Shown: in pieces, positions 8,212 through 16,702 of the stretch
Position numbering within the stretch: the stretch's first letter is position 1
Layout: the number at the start of each line of letters is the position of its first letter
Assembly (NCBI GenBank): GCA_964658025.1
Contig: CAZZXB010000018.1
Location: 5,936-29,417 of the forward strand
Direction: 5' to 3'
DNA from: an uncultured Janthinobacterium sp.
GTDB taxonomy: Bacteria > Vulcanimicrobiota > Vulcanimicrobiia > Vulcanimicrobiales > Vulcanimicrobiaceae
Length of the DNA: 23,482 bases
Made by a program: the position numbers and the translations under genes
Notes under the pieces: model-generated
Databases searched by the model: none
What the model saw: the letters and a program-made list of their open reading frames with translations, nothing else
What the model was told of the DNA's origin: nothing

Positions 8212-10748
8212 GCCTCGCCGTCAAGCGCGCGTACGTCTGCGCCGCACTCCTCGCGCTCGCGATCGTCGCGTGGTACGCCGTGCTCTATTCGGCGGACCGC
8301 GCCTCCGGACTGTCCGGCCGAACCGACGAACGCGTGGAGCGAACCGAACGATTCGGAAGCGACGCGTACGACACGTTCCACTCGCAAGCGGAACCCGGAC
8401 ACGCTCTCGCGCTCGACGCTTTCGGTCACGAGATCGCGCGGGCGTCGTGGGACGTCGATACCTACGAGTTCCGACATCTCTTGCGCCACGTTCGAGCGTG
8501 TACGCTCGATCTCTACGTAAACGGAATGGACGTGTCCGGATCGCCGAAGGGCGGATTCGTCAGCGTCGATCTCAACGGCCGGACGCTTCGTAAGACGACG
8601 TTTTCGTCGCGCTCTGCGGCCTATTTTCCGGTGACGGCGGACGCCGTACCCGACGGATTCGTGATCCGCGATCTCGCGCTCTCGCCGCTCGATCACGCAT
8701 ACGTCTTGACCGTTCCCGTGCCGAGTTCGCATTGTCTCGATCGCCGCTGGCACGTCACGGTCCGCCTGAAAAAAGCGCACTGGCGGATCGAGAGTACCGG
8801 GATCATCGCGCGGTTTTCTCCATCGGGAGAGCCTCTCTTCGGCTCTCGCTACGTTGACGGAGCGATCGCCGCCGCTGAGATCGCCGCGTTGTTCGCGGCG
8901 ACGTTACTGCTGCTGGCGTCGCTCTTCGCGCGCGCGCGACCGTGGTGGTACGTCGTACCCGCCGTCGCCGCGTTCGCGCTGGCCCCGCTCGCACACGATC
9001 AGTGGGATTTCTCGGTGTGGTTACGTTTCGTCGACCTCGTCGCGATCGCGCACGCGAATCCGGCAGGTATGTGGCAGGGAACGCCCCTCTGGGCGCTCGC
9101 TCCGGCATCGCTCGCGCCGATCTTGACGACCTCGGGGGCGTTTTTCGGAAACGCGAGCCAAGACGGCATCGCGGTGATCCTCAAAGGCACGATGGCGCTC
9201 TCGCTCGTGTTCACGGCCGCGAGACTCAGCGACTTCGCACCGACGAATCTCAAACGAACGACCTTCCTCATCGCGATCCTCTCACCGATCGCGTTGTACC
9301 AACTCGCGGGCGGCTATCGCGAGGTTCTCGCCGGTGCGCTGCTGGTCGAGGGGATCCATCGCTGTTACGGGCGCCGGTTGTGGACGGCCACGGCGTTTTT
9401 CGTCGGAGCCGCGTCCATTACGGAAACCCTCGCACCGTTTCTCATACTCGCGGCCATCTTCGCCGCGTTCGATCGCGGCCGTTCCGTCCGAGGACTTTGG
9501 AAAGCCGCGGTACTGGTCGTCCTCGCGTTCGCGTCGATCGTGCTTCAGTGGATGCTCCTGATCCCGCACGACCTCGCCGCAAGCGGGATCTCCAATCGAC
9601 TCTCGTCCTATCGTTTCGGCGGTGCCAGTTGGTTCGGCGCGCTCTCGGATCAGGGACTCCTACCGCAGTGGATAGCCGAACATTCGGTCGCGGTCGGCTT
9701 CGCGTCGTTCGCGACGCTCGCGCTCTGGCCGTCGCTCGTGCTCTTGCGAAGCCTCCGGGCGTCGATTCCGGGAGCGATCGCCCGGGAGCGGGCGATGCGC
9801 GCGACCGTCTGTCTCACGCTCGCAATCTTTCTGAGTTACCGCGGGATCGATCCCAACACGTGGTACGCGATCTTCGTTTCGGTAACGGCATATTTCGCGC
9901 GCTACCGTCCTCGGAGCCCGTTTCCGTTCTGGTTGGGTTTCGTTCAAGGCACGGCGTTTTACGCGATCTTGGGTTTGGGCGACTTCGTCAATTGGACGTT
10001 TCTCTATCCGCACGACCGCGGGTTGCTCGGCATTCTCGGTCGCCCGCTCGACGCCGCCGTACTGAGCGCGAACGCGCTCATCGCGGCATGCTACGTATCG
10101 TTCGTGTCGGACCGTCCGGCCCTGCTGGTCGGGCGACAGTCTCGCGCCTACGTCGTGCTTTTCATCGCGGCGCTCGCGAACGCGTGCATCTTCTCTTATC
10201 CGGAAGATATCGTATTCGCGCTCGCGGTCCTCACGCTCGTCTACATCACGTTCTGGAGATTGACGGCCGTCGATGCGGTCGGTCGCCCCGGCCGTTACGG
10301 CACGTTTCTCGCGCTTTCGGCATGCGTGGCTTTCGGAGCGTATGCGGGTGCGCCGAATCCCGCGGCGCGCTTCGCGCTCGCGATCGGTCTGCTTCTCGCC
10401 GTTCCGAACGGGCTCTCGCTCGTCGACGCGGTGTGCGTGATGGGTGCCGAAGAGCTTCTCTCGTTGCAAGCCGGATTCGGTTGGGTTTCGATCGCGGGGT
10501 GGATCGCGCTCTCGCTTGCGTGCGTGAAGGGGTTACGCGACGTCATCCGGGCGCTACCGAGCCGCGACGTCGTCGTCGCGTATCTCCCGTCTCGTCCGCA
10601 CGACCGAACCACCTCGCGTCGCTGGCCCGACGAGCGACGCGACGATCGCGATCTGCGCGATCACGGCGCCGATTTCGGCGAGCGAGACGACCATCGCGCC
10701 GTACTCGAACACGACGACCCGTTCGGGCACCGACGTCGGTTCGAGTAG
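8208..10748 (+). CDS. Large polytopic membrane protein, putative GT-C-fold glycosyltransferase with an N-terminal extracytoplasmic domain
   Basis: TTG start overlapping the upstream stop. N-terminal TM, a ~190-aa soluble domain, then many hydrophobic segments. An acidic loop motif (HDQWDF) follows a TM helix, as in lipid-donor GT-C enzymes. The GT-C call is inference. Confidence 0.6.
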   Translation: MSLAVKRAYVCAALLALAIVAWYAVLYSADRASGLSGRTDERVERTERFGSDAYDTFHSQAEPGHALALDAFGHEIARASWDVDTYEFRHLLRHVRACTLDLYVNGMDVSGSPKGGFVSVDLNGRTLRKTTFSSRSAAYFPVTADAVPDGFVIRDLALSPLDHAYVLTVPVPSSHCLDRRWHVTVRLKKAHWRIESTGIIARFSPSGEPLFGSRYVDGAIAAAEIAALFAATLLLLASLFARARPWWYVVPAVAAFALAPLAHDQWDFSVWLRFVDLVAIAHANPAGMWQGTPLWALAPASLAPILTTSGAFFGNASQDGIAVILKGTMALSLVFTAARLSDFAPTNLKRTTFLIAILSPIALYQLAGGYREVLAGALLVEGIHRCYGRRLWTATAFFVGAASITETLAPFLILAAIFAAFDRGRSVRGLWKAAVLVVLAFASIVLQWMLLIPHDLAASGISNRLSSYRFGGASWFGALSDQGLLPQWIAEHSVAVGFASFATLALWPSLVLLRSLRASIPGAIARERAMRATVCLTLAIFLSYRGIDPNTWYAIFVSVTAYFARYRPRSPFPFWLGFVQGTAFYAILGLGDFVNWTFLYPHDRGLLGILGRPLDAAVLSANALIAACYVSFVSDRPALLVGRQSRAYVVLFIAALANACIFSYPEDIVFALAVLTLVYITFWRLTAVDAVGRPGRYGTFLALSACVAFGAYAGAPNPAARFALAIGLLLAVPNGLSLVDAVCVMGAEELLSLQAGFGWVSIAGWIALSLACVKGLRDVIRALPSRDVVVAYLPSRPHDRTTSRRWPDERRDDRDLRDHGADFGERDDHRAVLEHDDPFGHRRRFE

Positions 10749-12890
10749 CCATCCGTTCACCGCCGTGTCGATCCGCAAATGGGGCAGGACGCTCCCGCCT
10801 GAAACGGCGATCCATCTCGCGTCGAAACGGACGTTGTAGCGTAAGAGTCTAGCCGGACCGGGAGGCACGACGGCGACGATCCACCACGGAGCGAACGTCC
10901 GATGCGGAAGCGGATCGAGCACGTGACCGCGTGGCTCGAACGGGAGCCGTGGCGGCACGCGTCCCTGAGCCGCGACGAGACACTCACCCCGGCAGCGAAG
11001 CGCACGCACCCGCCGATCGAAATATTCCCAGCGATAGCCGGGCCCGTTACGGACCAGTTGGCGGCCATCCTGATCGAAGAGTACCCCGCGGACCCAAACG
11101 AGCGTATCGCGGTCGCCTCGGACGGGGATGAGCACGTCCGGACGCGTCGTCAACGCACCGCCGAACGACTGCGCGAGTTCGGGCCGCTCGAAAAACGCCA
11201 ATCGAGCATCGACCCAGCCGTCGCTTTCGTGGACGAACGCCGGGTCCGCACGGACGGGCTCCATGGCTCCGAAGCGCTTCCAGAACGCAAAACCGGGCGC
11301 GTCCGCCGCGTCGGAGAACAACGCATTTCCGGAGCCTTGGATTCGGTCGAGCGACCCGATCGACGGCGGCGCCGAAAGCGACAACGAAGGTGCCGGACGT
11401 AGCGAGATCGTGGCCGTCCGTTCGGGCGGTCGCGTCTCCGACGAGGGCGGCAACGCGAATTGACCGCGCAGGGATTCGGCGTCGGTAGAAAACCACGGAC
11501 GCGGGACGATCGTCGAGACGCCGAGCGCCGCGAGAGACGACGTCGACCCGGAACGCTGGAATTCGCCCAACGCGTTCTCGATCGGAAATTGACGCTCGGG
11601 ATCGTTCAGCGAGACGGCCCCCGAGGGATATCGATGCGCGTCGGGGTCGACGCCGGAACCCCGTCCGCGAAACCGCAAGGGTGCGCTAGCCGGCGTAAAC
11701 GCGATGCGATCGGTCGTCGAAGCCGGGATCGGCGCCGCCGGAATCACGCGCGCGTCCACCCAAAACGTTGCGGGCGGATGCAACGCCCAGAGAATCGGCA
11801 ACGGCGCCGCGGCGAAGCATGCCAGTACGGCGAGCGCCCTCCATCGCGAGCACGCCGCCGCGATGAGGAAGCAGTAACCGACGGCCACGAATCCGATGAG
11901 GTCGTAGAGTTCGCGGAAAAGTCCGACTTCCGGGACGCGTTCGAACGCCCATGCGATCGGACCGGCGAGCGGGCCGCGCAAACCCATCGTGAAGAGCAGC
12001 ACGCATCCGGTAACGACCGGTACCCAAATGTCGCGACGACGGAACGCGCGCGTCGACGCGCCGACGATCGCGATCGTCACCAATGCGACCATCGACGCGT
12101 CGAGCGTCGGACCCAGTGCCGCGTCGTAATGCGTGAAGTAGCCGCGGAGCGCCACCGCGGAGAACGGCAAGATCGATTGATCCCGCTCCCACGCGAGCGT
12201 GAGAGGCGTACCGAGCAAGCTACCGCGCGCCATCGCGACCCCGACGAAAACCGGAAGCAACGTCGCACCTACCGTCGCAAGAGGCCGAACGTCGCGAGCG
12301 CGAAGCGTCAGAAACAAAACGCCGACGGCGTCGCAGACGGCGAACTGTATCTGCGGCGCGGTCGCGATCGCTCCCAGAACGAGAACGCGAAGATCGGGCC
12401 GCTTCACGAAAAATTCGGCAAACGACCAAAGCGTCGCTCCGTATGCGAGGAGCATGAACGTGTGGCCCGCGACGAGCTGCGTGTACACCCAGGGATTGAA
12501 CGTCGCGAACATCACGAGCGCGCAGTGCGTGAACACGTCCCCCGCGAGCCTCCGCGATAGGTAGAGCGCGCCGCCGACGACGACCGTGAAGATCGCCGTC
12601 ATGAACGCGACGTGCGCTCCGTACGAGCCGATCGCGCCCGCGATACTGCCCAGCACAACGACCGCCTCGAACGACGACGGGTAGCCGACGGGCGCGCCGA
12701 GGCCGATCGGATTCCAACCGGAAACCGAGTCGACGCTAGAGATCAATCCCGGCACGATCGGCGCCCAATCGTGACGCATCGCGGGCTCGGTCGTGGCGGC
12801 CGCCGCCACGGCAAGCAGGACCGACACGACGGCGACGATGACGTCTGCGCGCGACGTTCCCGCTCGGAAAATTCGAAGCATCGATCGCAT
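10554..12890 (-). CDS. YfhO/AftD-like polytopic membrane protein, putative GT-C glycosyltransferase
   Basis: W-x-P-x-GLG...YP loop, FNPWVY...AGH, GLFRE motif, multiple TMs, and a soluble C-terminal region ending LLRYNVRFDARW...HLRIDTAVNGW plus a final TM, which resembles YfhO-type C-termini. Start at ATG 12890 or 12881. Confidence 0.7.
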   Translation of the reverse strand: MRSMLRIFRAGTSRADVIVAVVSVLLAVAAAATTEPAMRHDWAPIVPGLISSVDSVSGWNPIGLGAPVGYPSSFEAVVVLGSIAGAIGSYGAHVAFMTAIFTVVVGGALYLSRRLAGDVFTHCALVMFATFNPWVYTQLVAGHTFMLLAYGATLWSFAEFFVKRPDLRVLVLGAIATAPQIQFAVCDAVGVLFLTLRARDVRPLATVGATLLPVFVGVAMARGSLLGTPLTLAWERDQSILPFSAVALRGYFTHYDAALGPTLDASMVALVTIAIVGASTRAFRRRDIWVPVVTGCVLLFTMGLRGPLAGPIAWAFERVPEVGLFRELYDLIGFVAVGYCFLIAAACSRWRALAVLACFAAAPLPILWALHPPATFWVDARVIPAAPIPASTTDRIAFTPASAPLRFRGRGSGVDPDAHRYPSGAVSLNDPERQFPIENALGEFQRSGSTSSLAALGVSTIVPRPWFSTDAESLRGQFALPPSSETRPPERTATISLRPAPSLSLSAPPSIGSLDRIQGSGNALFSDAADAPGFAFWKRFGAMEPVRADPAFVHESDGWVDARLAFFERPELAQSFGGALTTRPDVLIPVRGDRDTLVWVRGVLFDQDGRQLVRNGPGYRWEYFDRRVRALRCRGECLVAAQGRVPPRLPFEPRGHVLDPLPHRTFAPWWIVAVVPPGPARLLRYNVRFDARWIAVSGGSVLPHLRIDTAVNGWLLEPTSVPERVVVFEYGAMVVSLAEIGAVIAQIAIVASLVGPATRGGSVVRTRREIRDDDVAAR

Positions 12891-13007
12891 CGTTCGCGGC
12901 CGCGCACGGCGATTCAGCGGCAAAAGGTTCCCGGAAGGTTCACTGCAAACACCAACGACGGCCATGCTCGGTCGAAAACGTATTGTGGAAAGTGCCGCGA
13001 ATTGCAT

Positions 13008-14243
13008 TTGACGGATGGGGCCGCGGAGGGTGCGAACCCCCGCACCGCGGTCGTTCGAATCATCGTTCCGGCACGAAACGAATCGGAGCGCATCGAAGCG
13101 ACCGTCCGTAAATTCTGCGAATACTTCGGTCCGAGCGCCATCGTATTGGTCGTCGTGAACGGCTGCACCGACGATACGGCGCAGATCATAAAGCGGCTTA
13201 GTTTAGAAATCGCAAACCTCGAGTTACTCGAGATCGAACAGGCCGTAGGCAAGGGTGGTGCGGTGCGTGCCGGCCTCACGCTCGGTTCCGAACCGTTCGT
13301 CGCGTTCGTCGATGCGGACGGTTCCGCGACCGCCGACCAGTTGGACGTTTTGTTGGAACGTTGCCGGGACGACGGCGTCTGCGGCGTTTTGGGGTCGCGC
13401 TGGCTTCCCGAGTCTCGAATCGCGAGAAAACAACCATTCCGACGACGACTCGCGAGTCGGGTGTTCAACACCATAACGCGGATCATTTTCGGATTACGCT
13501 TCACCGATACGCAATGCGGTGCGAAAATTTTTCGGCGAGACGCGATCGATAGCGTTATCGACACGCTCGAGATCTCTAACTTCGCCTTCGACGTCGACCT
13601 CTTGCTCGCCATGAAGCGTCTCCATCTCCCCGTCGTCGAAGTCCCGATCTCGTGGGACGACGTTGCCGAGTATTCGAAAGTGACGCTCGTGCGATCGGGC
13701 TCATCGATGCTCTGGGCTCTCGCACGGTTATGGTTGCGTGAAAGCGTCTTCCGAACGCTCCCGTTCGTCGATGCATTAGGCCGTTCCGAGACGATCCCGG
13801 TCCGTAAGGGACTCTCCGTTCTCGTCCTCTTGCGGCGCCGCCACACAACCTCCGAGATGCTCGCCACCCTGCTTTCCGCCTTGCGGCAATACGGCCACGA
13901 AGCGTACATCGTGACGCTCGACGATGCCGGCTCGCGATTGCGCTTCGCACAATGGTATGCGCGACGCGGACACCTGCAGATCGACGCGATCGTTCATGCG
14001 TTCGGGAAGACGGGCTCGAGAATTTTACGTTTCTCGGCCAAGCCCAAATTCTCGCTCGACGAGTTCGAACGAGACGCGCACGACGTCGACGTGTTCGTCC
14101 GGCGGATGGTCGCGGCGACGAAGTGCCCGATTTACTTTCACCGAAGCGATCTCGGTTGGCATCTCTCTTCGAACCTGATCGAGACGACGTTACCCGAGCG
14201 CAAGCCTCACCTCACGAGCGCTCAGCTCGGAGATTCACCGTAG
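13008..14243 (+). CDS. Polyprenyl/dolichyl-phosphate glycosyltransferase (GT2, DPG/DPM-synthase-like) with a C-terminal extension
   Basis: IIVPARNE, NGCTDDT, GKGGAVRAG, FVDADG, GSR, DTQCGAKIFRR, FAFDVDLL and EVPISW. Start uncertain (TTG 13002 or 13008). Confidence 0.88.
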   Translation: MTDGAAEGANPRTAVVRIIVPARNESERIEATVRKFCEYFGPSAIVLVVVNGCTDDTAQIIKRLSLEIANLELLEIEQAVGKGGAVRAGLTLGSEPFVAFVDADGSATADQLDVLLERCRDDGVCGVLGSRWLPESRIARKQPFRRRLASRVFNTITRIIFGLRFTDTQCGAKIFRRDAIDSVIDTLEISNFAFDVDLLLAMKRLHLPVVEVPISWDDVAEYSKVTLVRSGSSMLWALARLWLRESVFRTLPFVDALGRSETIPVRKGLSVLVLLRRRHTTSEMLATLLSALRQYGHEAYIVTLDDAGSRLRFAQWYARRGHLQIDAIVHAFGKTGSRILRFSAKPKFSLDEFERDAHDVDVFVRRMVAATKCPIYFHRSDLGWHLSSNLIETTLPERKPHLTSAQLGDSP

Positions 14244-14259
14244 CGATTCCGGGGCGCGC

Positions 14260-15753
14260 TCACCTCAGCTTACAGAACCTCGGAACGTAATTCACGAATC
14301 GGTCCGGTTTTCGTACCATCGATCTCATGACGTCCGCCGCCCGACGACGCAGGCTAGAATTGCCCTCGGTCGGTAACGCGTATGCGTACAGATCGCCGTC
14401 GCTATCGGCGGCGACGACTTCGTCCTTGAACACGATCGGTTGCGAACGAGATTGGGTCTCGATGTACGACGACCACAACGTGCGCCCCGTCTGAGAATCC
14501 AGGGCGGTTAGGTTACTGTCGACGGTCGTGAAAGCGATGCTGCCGACGATTGCGGGGGGATTATAAAATGGCGCGATCGCGTTGACGCTCCACACGGTCT
14601 GCCCCGAGTGGCGATCGAGACCGAGGAGACCGCCGAATTGCGTGCCGGCGGGCTGCGTGGAATCCGGATCGACGTGAAATCCGATGCTCGTGATAAGCGT
14701 ATTTCCGACGGCCGCGGGAGTCGAATAACTTCCGTCGTAATCCGGCGACCCGAGCGATCGTTTGAAATACGCGCTTCCCGACGCCGGATCGAGCGCGTAG
14801 AGATAGCCATTCTTACCGGTCACGTAAGCCGTCCCGCCGCTCGTGAGAACGCCGCCGCCGACGTCGTCGTCGGTCATCGGCCCGGCGGTCTGGACGGCCC
14901 AATCGAATTTGGTCGACGTTTCGATCGCGACGATCCCATTGGCGGTCGTCGGGGAATCGATGCACGTGTTCCCCGTTCCGAAATAGATGCGTTCGCCGTC
15001 GTACGTTACCGGAGACCAGACCGCTCCGCCGTCGTTGGCGAGTCCGCCGGCGGTGAGCCAATTGATTCCCGGGCTTCCGGTGCTCTCGTCGAACATGTAG
15101 ATGCCGCCCGGATGACAGAACCCGGGATCGCCGAGCGAGACCGGCACGAAAACATGACCGGCCACGACGACGGGCGAGCCGTGAAGGCCACCGTTGATCG
15201 AGCGTTGCCACTGCACCGCTCCCGTGCCGGGATCGAGGGCGAACAGCGTCGAGTGTGCCGCGGCGCTCGAATTAACGGACGTCCCGACGAGGAGGTGTCC
15301 GTCGTAGACGGACGGGGTCAATTTCACGTTCGCTCCGAGCGACTTCTGCCACCGTATCGTTCCCGTCGCGGCATCGATCGCGACGAGGTTTCCGTTTCGA
15401 TCGACGGCATAGACGACGCCGCCGTATTCGATCGGGCTCGCGAGATCGAAACCCGCAGCGCTGCGAAAGGTCCAGATCGGCGCGAGCGTTGCGACGTTCG
15501 CTTCGTCGATCGTCGACGTCGACTGGATGCTCGTACGCGACAGGTCGTGCGCGAAGGTCGGCCAGTCGGTGCTTTGCGTCAACGTCGAGCTCGAGGCGAG
15601 AAGCGGACCGAGCCCCGATCCTGCCGGCGTCGCGGCGACGATCGGCGAGCTCGCCGTAACACCCCCGCTTCCTCCACCGCATCCGACGACTACGACCGCG
15701 GCCGACATTGCCGCAACGGCAACCAGAGGGTTACCCTTTAGAAAGCTGGGAAT
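14260..15753 (-). CDS. PQQ-like (BamB-type) beta-propeller lipoprotein
   Basis: Repeats of [LF]xA[IL]DxxTGxxxW, DWPTF, GGAVWSP. Lipobox VVGC followed by a Gly/Ser linker. First ATG at 15708; probable true start is ATT at 15753 (see findings). Confidence 0.85.
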   Translation of the reverse strand: MPSFLKGNPLVAVAAMSAAVVVVGCGGGSGGVTASSPIVAATPAGSGLGPLLASSSTLTQSTDWPTFAHDLSRTSIQSTSTIDEANVATLAPIWTFRSAAGFDLASPIEYGGVVYAVDRNGNLVAIDAATGTIRWQKSLGANVKLTPSVYDGHLLVGTSVNSSAAAHSTLFALDPGTGAVQWQRSINGGLHGSPVVVAGHVFVPVSLGDPGFCHPGGIYMFDESTGSPGINWLTAGGLANDGGAVWSPVTYDGERIYFGTGNTCIDSPTTANGIVAIETSTKFDWAVQTAGPMTDDDVGGGVLTSGGTAYVTGKNGYLYALDPASGSAYFKRSLGSPDYDGSYSTPAAVGNTLITSIGFHVDPDSTQPAGTQFGGLLGLDRHSGQTVWSVNAIAPFYNPPAIVGSIAFTTVDSNLTALDSQTGRTLWSSYIETQSRSQPIVFKDEVVAADSDGDLYAYALPTEGNSSLRRRAADVMRSMVRKPDRFVNYVPRFCKLR

Positions 15754-15762
15754 GACGCTCGA

Positions 15763-15768
15763 CCTCCT
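15763..15768 (-). promoter_or_regulatory. Shine-Dalgarno sequence for the PQQ-propeller gene
   Basis: AGGAGG (within GAGGAGGT) on the minus strand, 9 nt upstream of an in-frame ATT. Confidence 0.6.
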
Positions 15769-15861
15769 CGCGACGATGTACGCGAATTAGCGAAACAAAG
15801 TCGCGCGAACCTGCCGCGGCCGGTGCGGTTGATGCGCGCGTCGCGCCGATGCGAAGAATTT

Positions 15862-16554
15862 TTATCGACGGGCGACGACCGTGTGATTCAAAACATCACG
15901 CGACGTCTTCAGCAATGGGTTCAACAGAGCGGTCGCGAGATTGACGGCGAGGTAGAAAGGAGCCTTGGAAGCTTTGAAAGCGAGCGACTCCTTGAACGAA
16001 AAGGTATCGCCCGCGCACAGGATTGCATTATTCAACGCTTGCCCGGCCACGGCGATACCGACGCCCTGACGACGATGCTCCACGATATCGAACCCACAGC
16101 TACGCATAACGGTCGTCAGGCCGATCTCGGTATAACGGAAAAAATCGCGCGGCTCTTCGTGTAGCGGCCAATATTGCGGCACGCTCAAGATGAGAAGTCC
16201 GTTAGGTTTCAACACGCGACCGAATTCGACGAGTGCGGCGCGCGGATCTTCGAGATGTTCCAAGACTTGCGTGCAGAGGACGCAATCCGCGTACGCGTCG
16301 CTGACGGGAATCGCATACGCCGTTCCGTTGACGTCGGCTTCGGGATTATCGGCGAGATCGACCCCGATCCAACGTTCGACGCGCGGACCCGCCTCCGCAT
16401 ACGGCTTCGCACCGCATCCGATGTCGAGAAGGGTGCCCCGCGCGTACGTCTCGAGCATCGCCCCGACGTCGCGGGACAGTTCGTGCAAGAGCAACCAATC
16501 CGGATAGAAAATAGGGACGGACGGCGTTCGGCGGCGGCGACCAACCTCGGGCAC
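15862..16554 (-). CDS. Class I SAM-dependent methyltransferase (Methyltransf_11-like, common in polysaccharide loci)
   Basis: LLDIGCGAKPY, DCVLCTQVLEHLEDP, RVLKPNGLLILSVP and HEEPRDFFRYT. GTG 16554 is preceded by GAGAGG. Confidence 0.9.
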   Translation of the reverse strand: MPEVGRRRRTPSVPIFYPDWLLLHELSRDVGAMLETYARGTLLDIGCGAKPYAEAGPRVERWIGVDLADNPEADVNGTAYAIPVSDAYADCVLCTQVLEHLEDPRAALVEFGRVLKPNGLLILSVPQYWPLHEEPRDFFRYTEIGLTTVMRSCGFDIVEHRRQGVGIAVAGQALNNAILCAGDTFSFKESLAFKASKAPFYLAVNLATALLNPLLKTSRDVLNHTVVARR

Positions 16555-16702
16555 GATGGATACCTCTCGAAGGGGAACGAGGCACCGCAATCTTGCGTTA
16601 CTCGGACCACGCGAACGGCTCGTTCGCTACCGTGAATACCGAATCCGGTCCCTTCGAAACGTCGAGACGTGGAGCGACCCGTACCGAGCATGGGAGGACC
16701 AC

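Noticed and set aside
14608..15741. 377-aa plus-strand ORF over the PQQ-propeller gene
   Set aside because: Antisense shadow; the minus-strand product carries clear repeat motifs.
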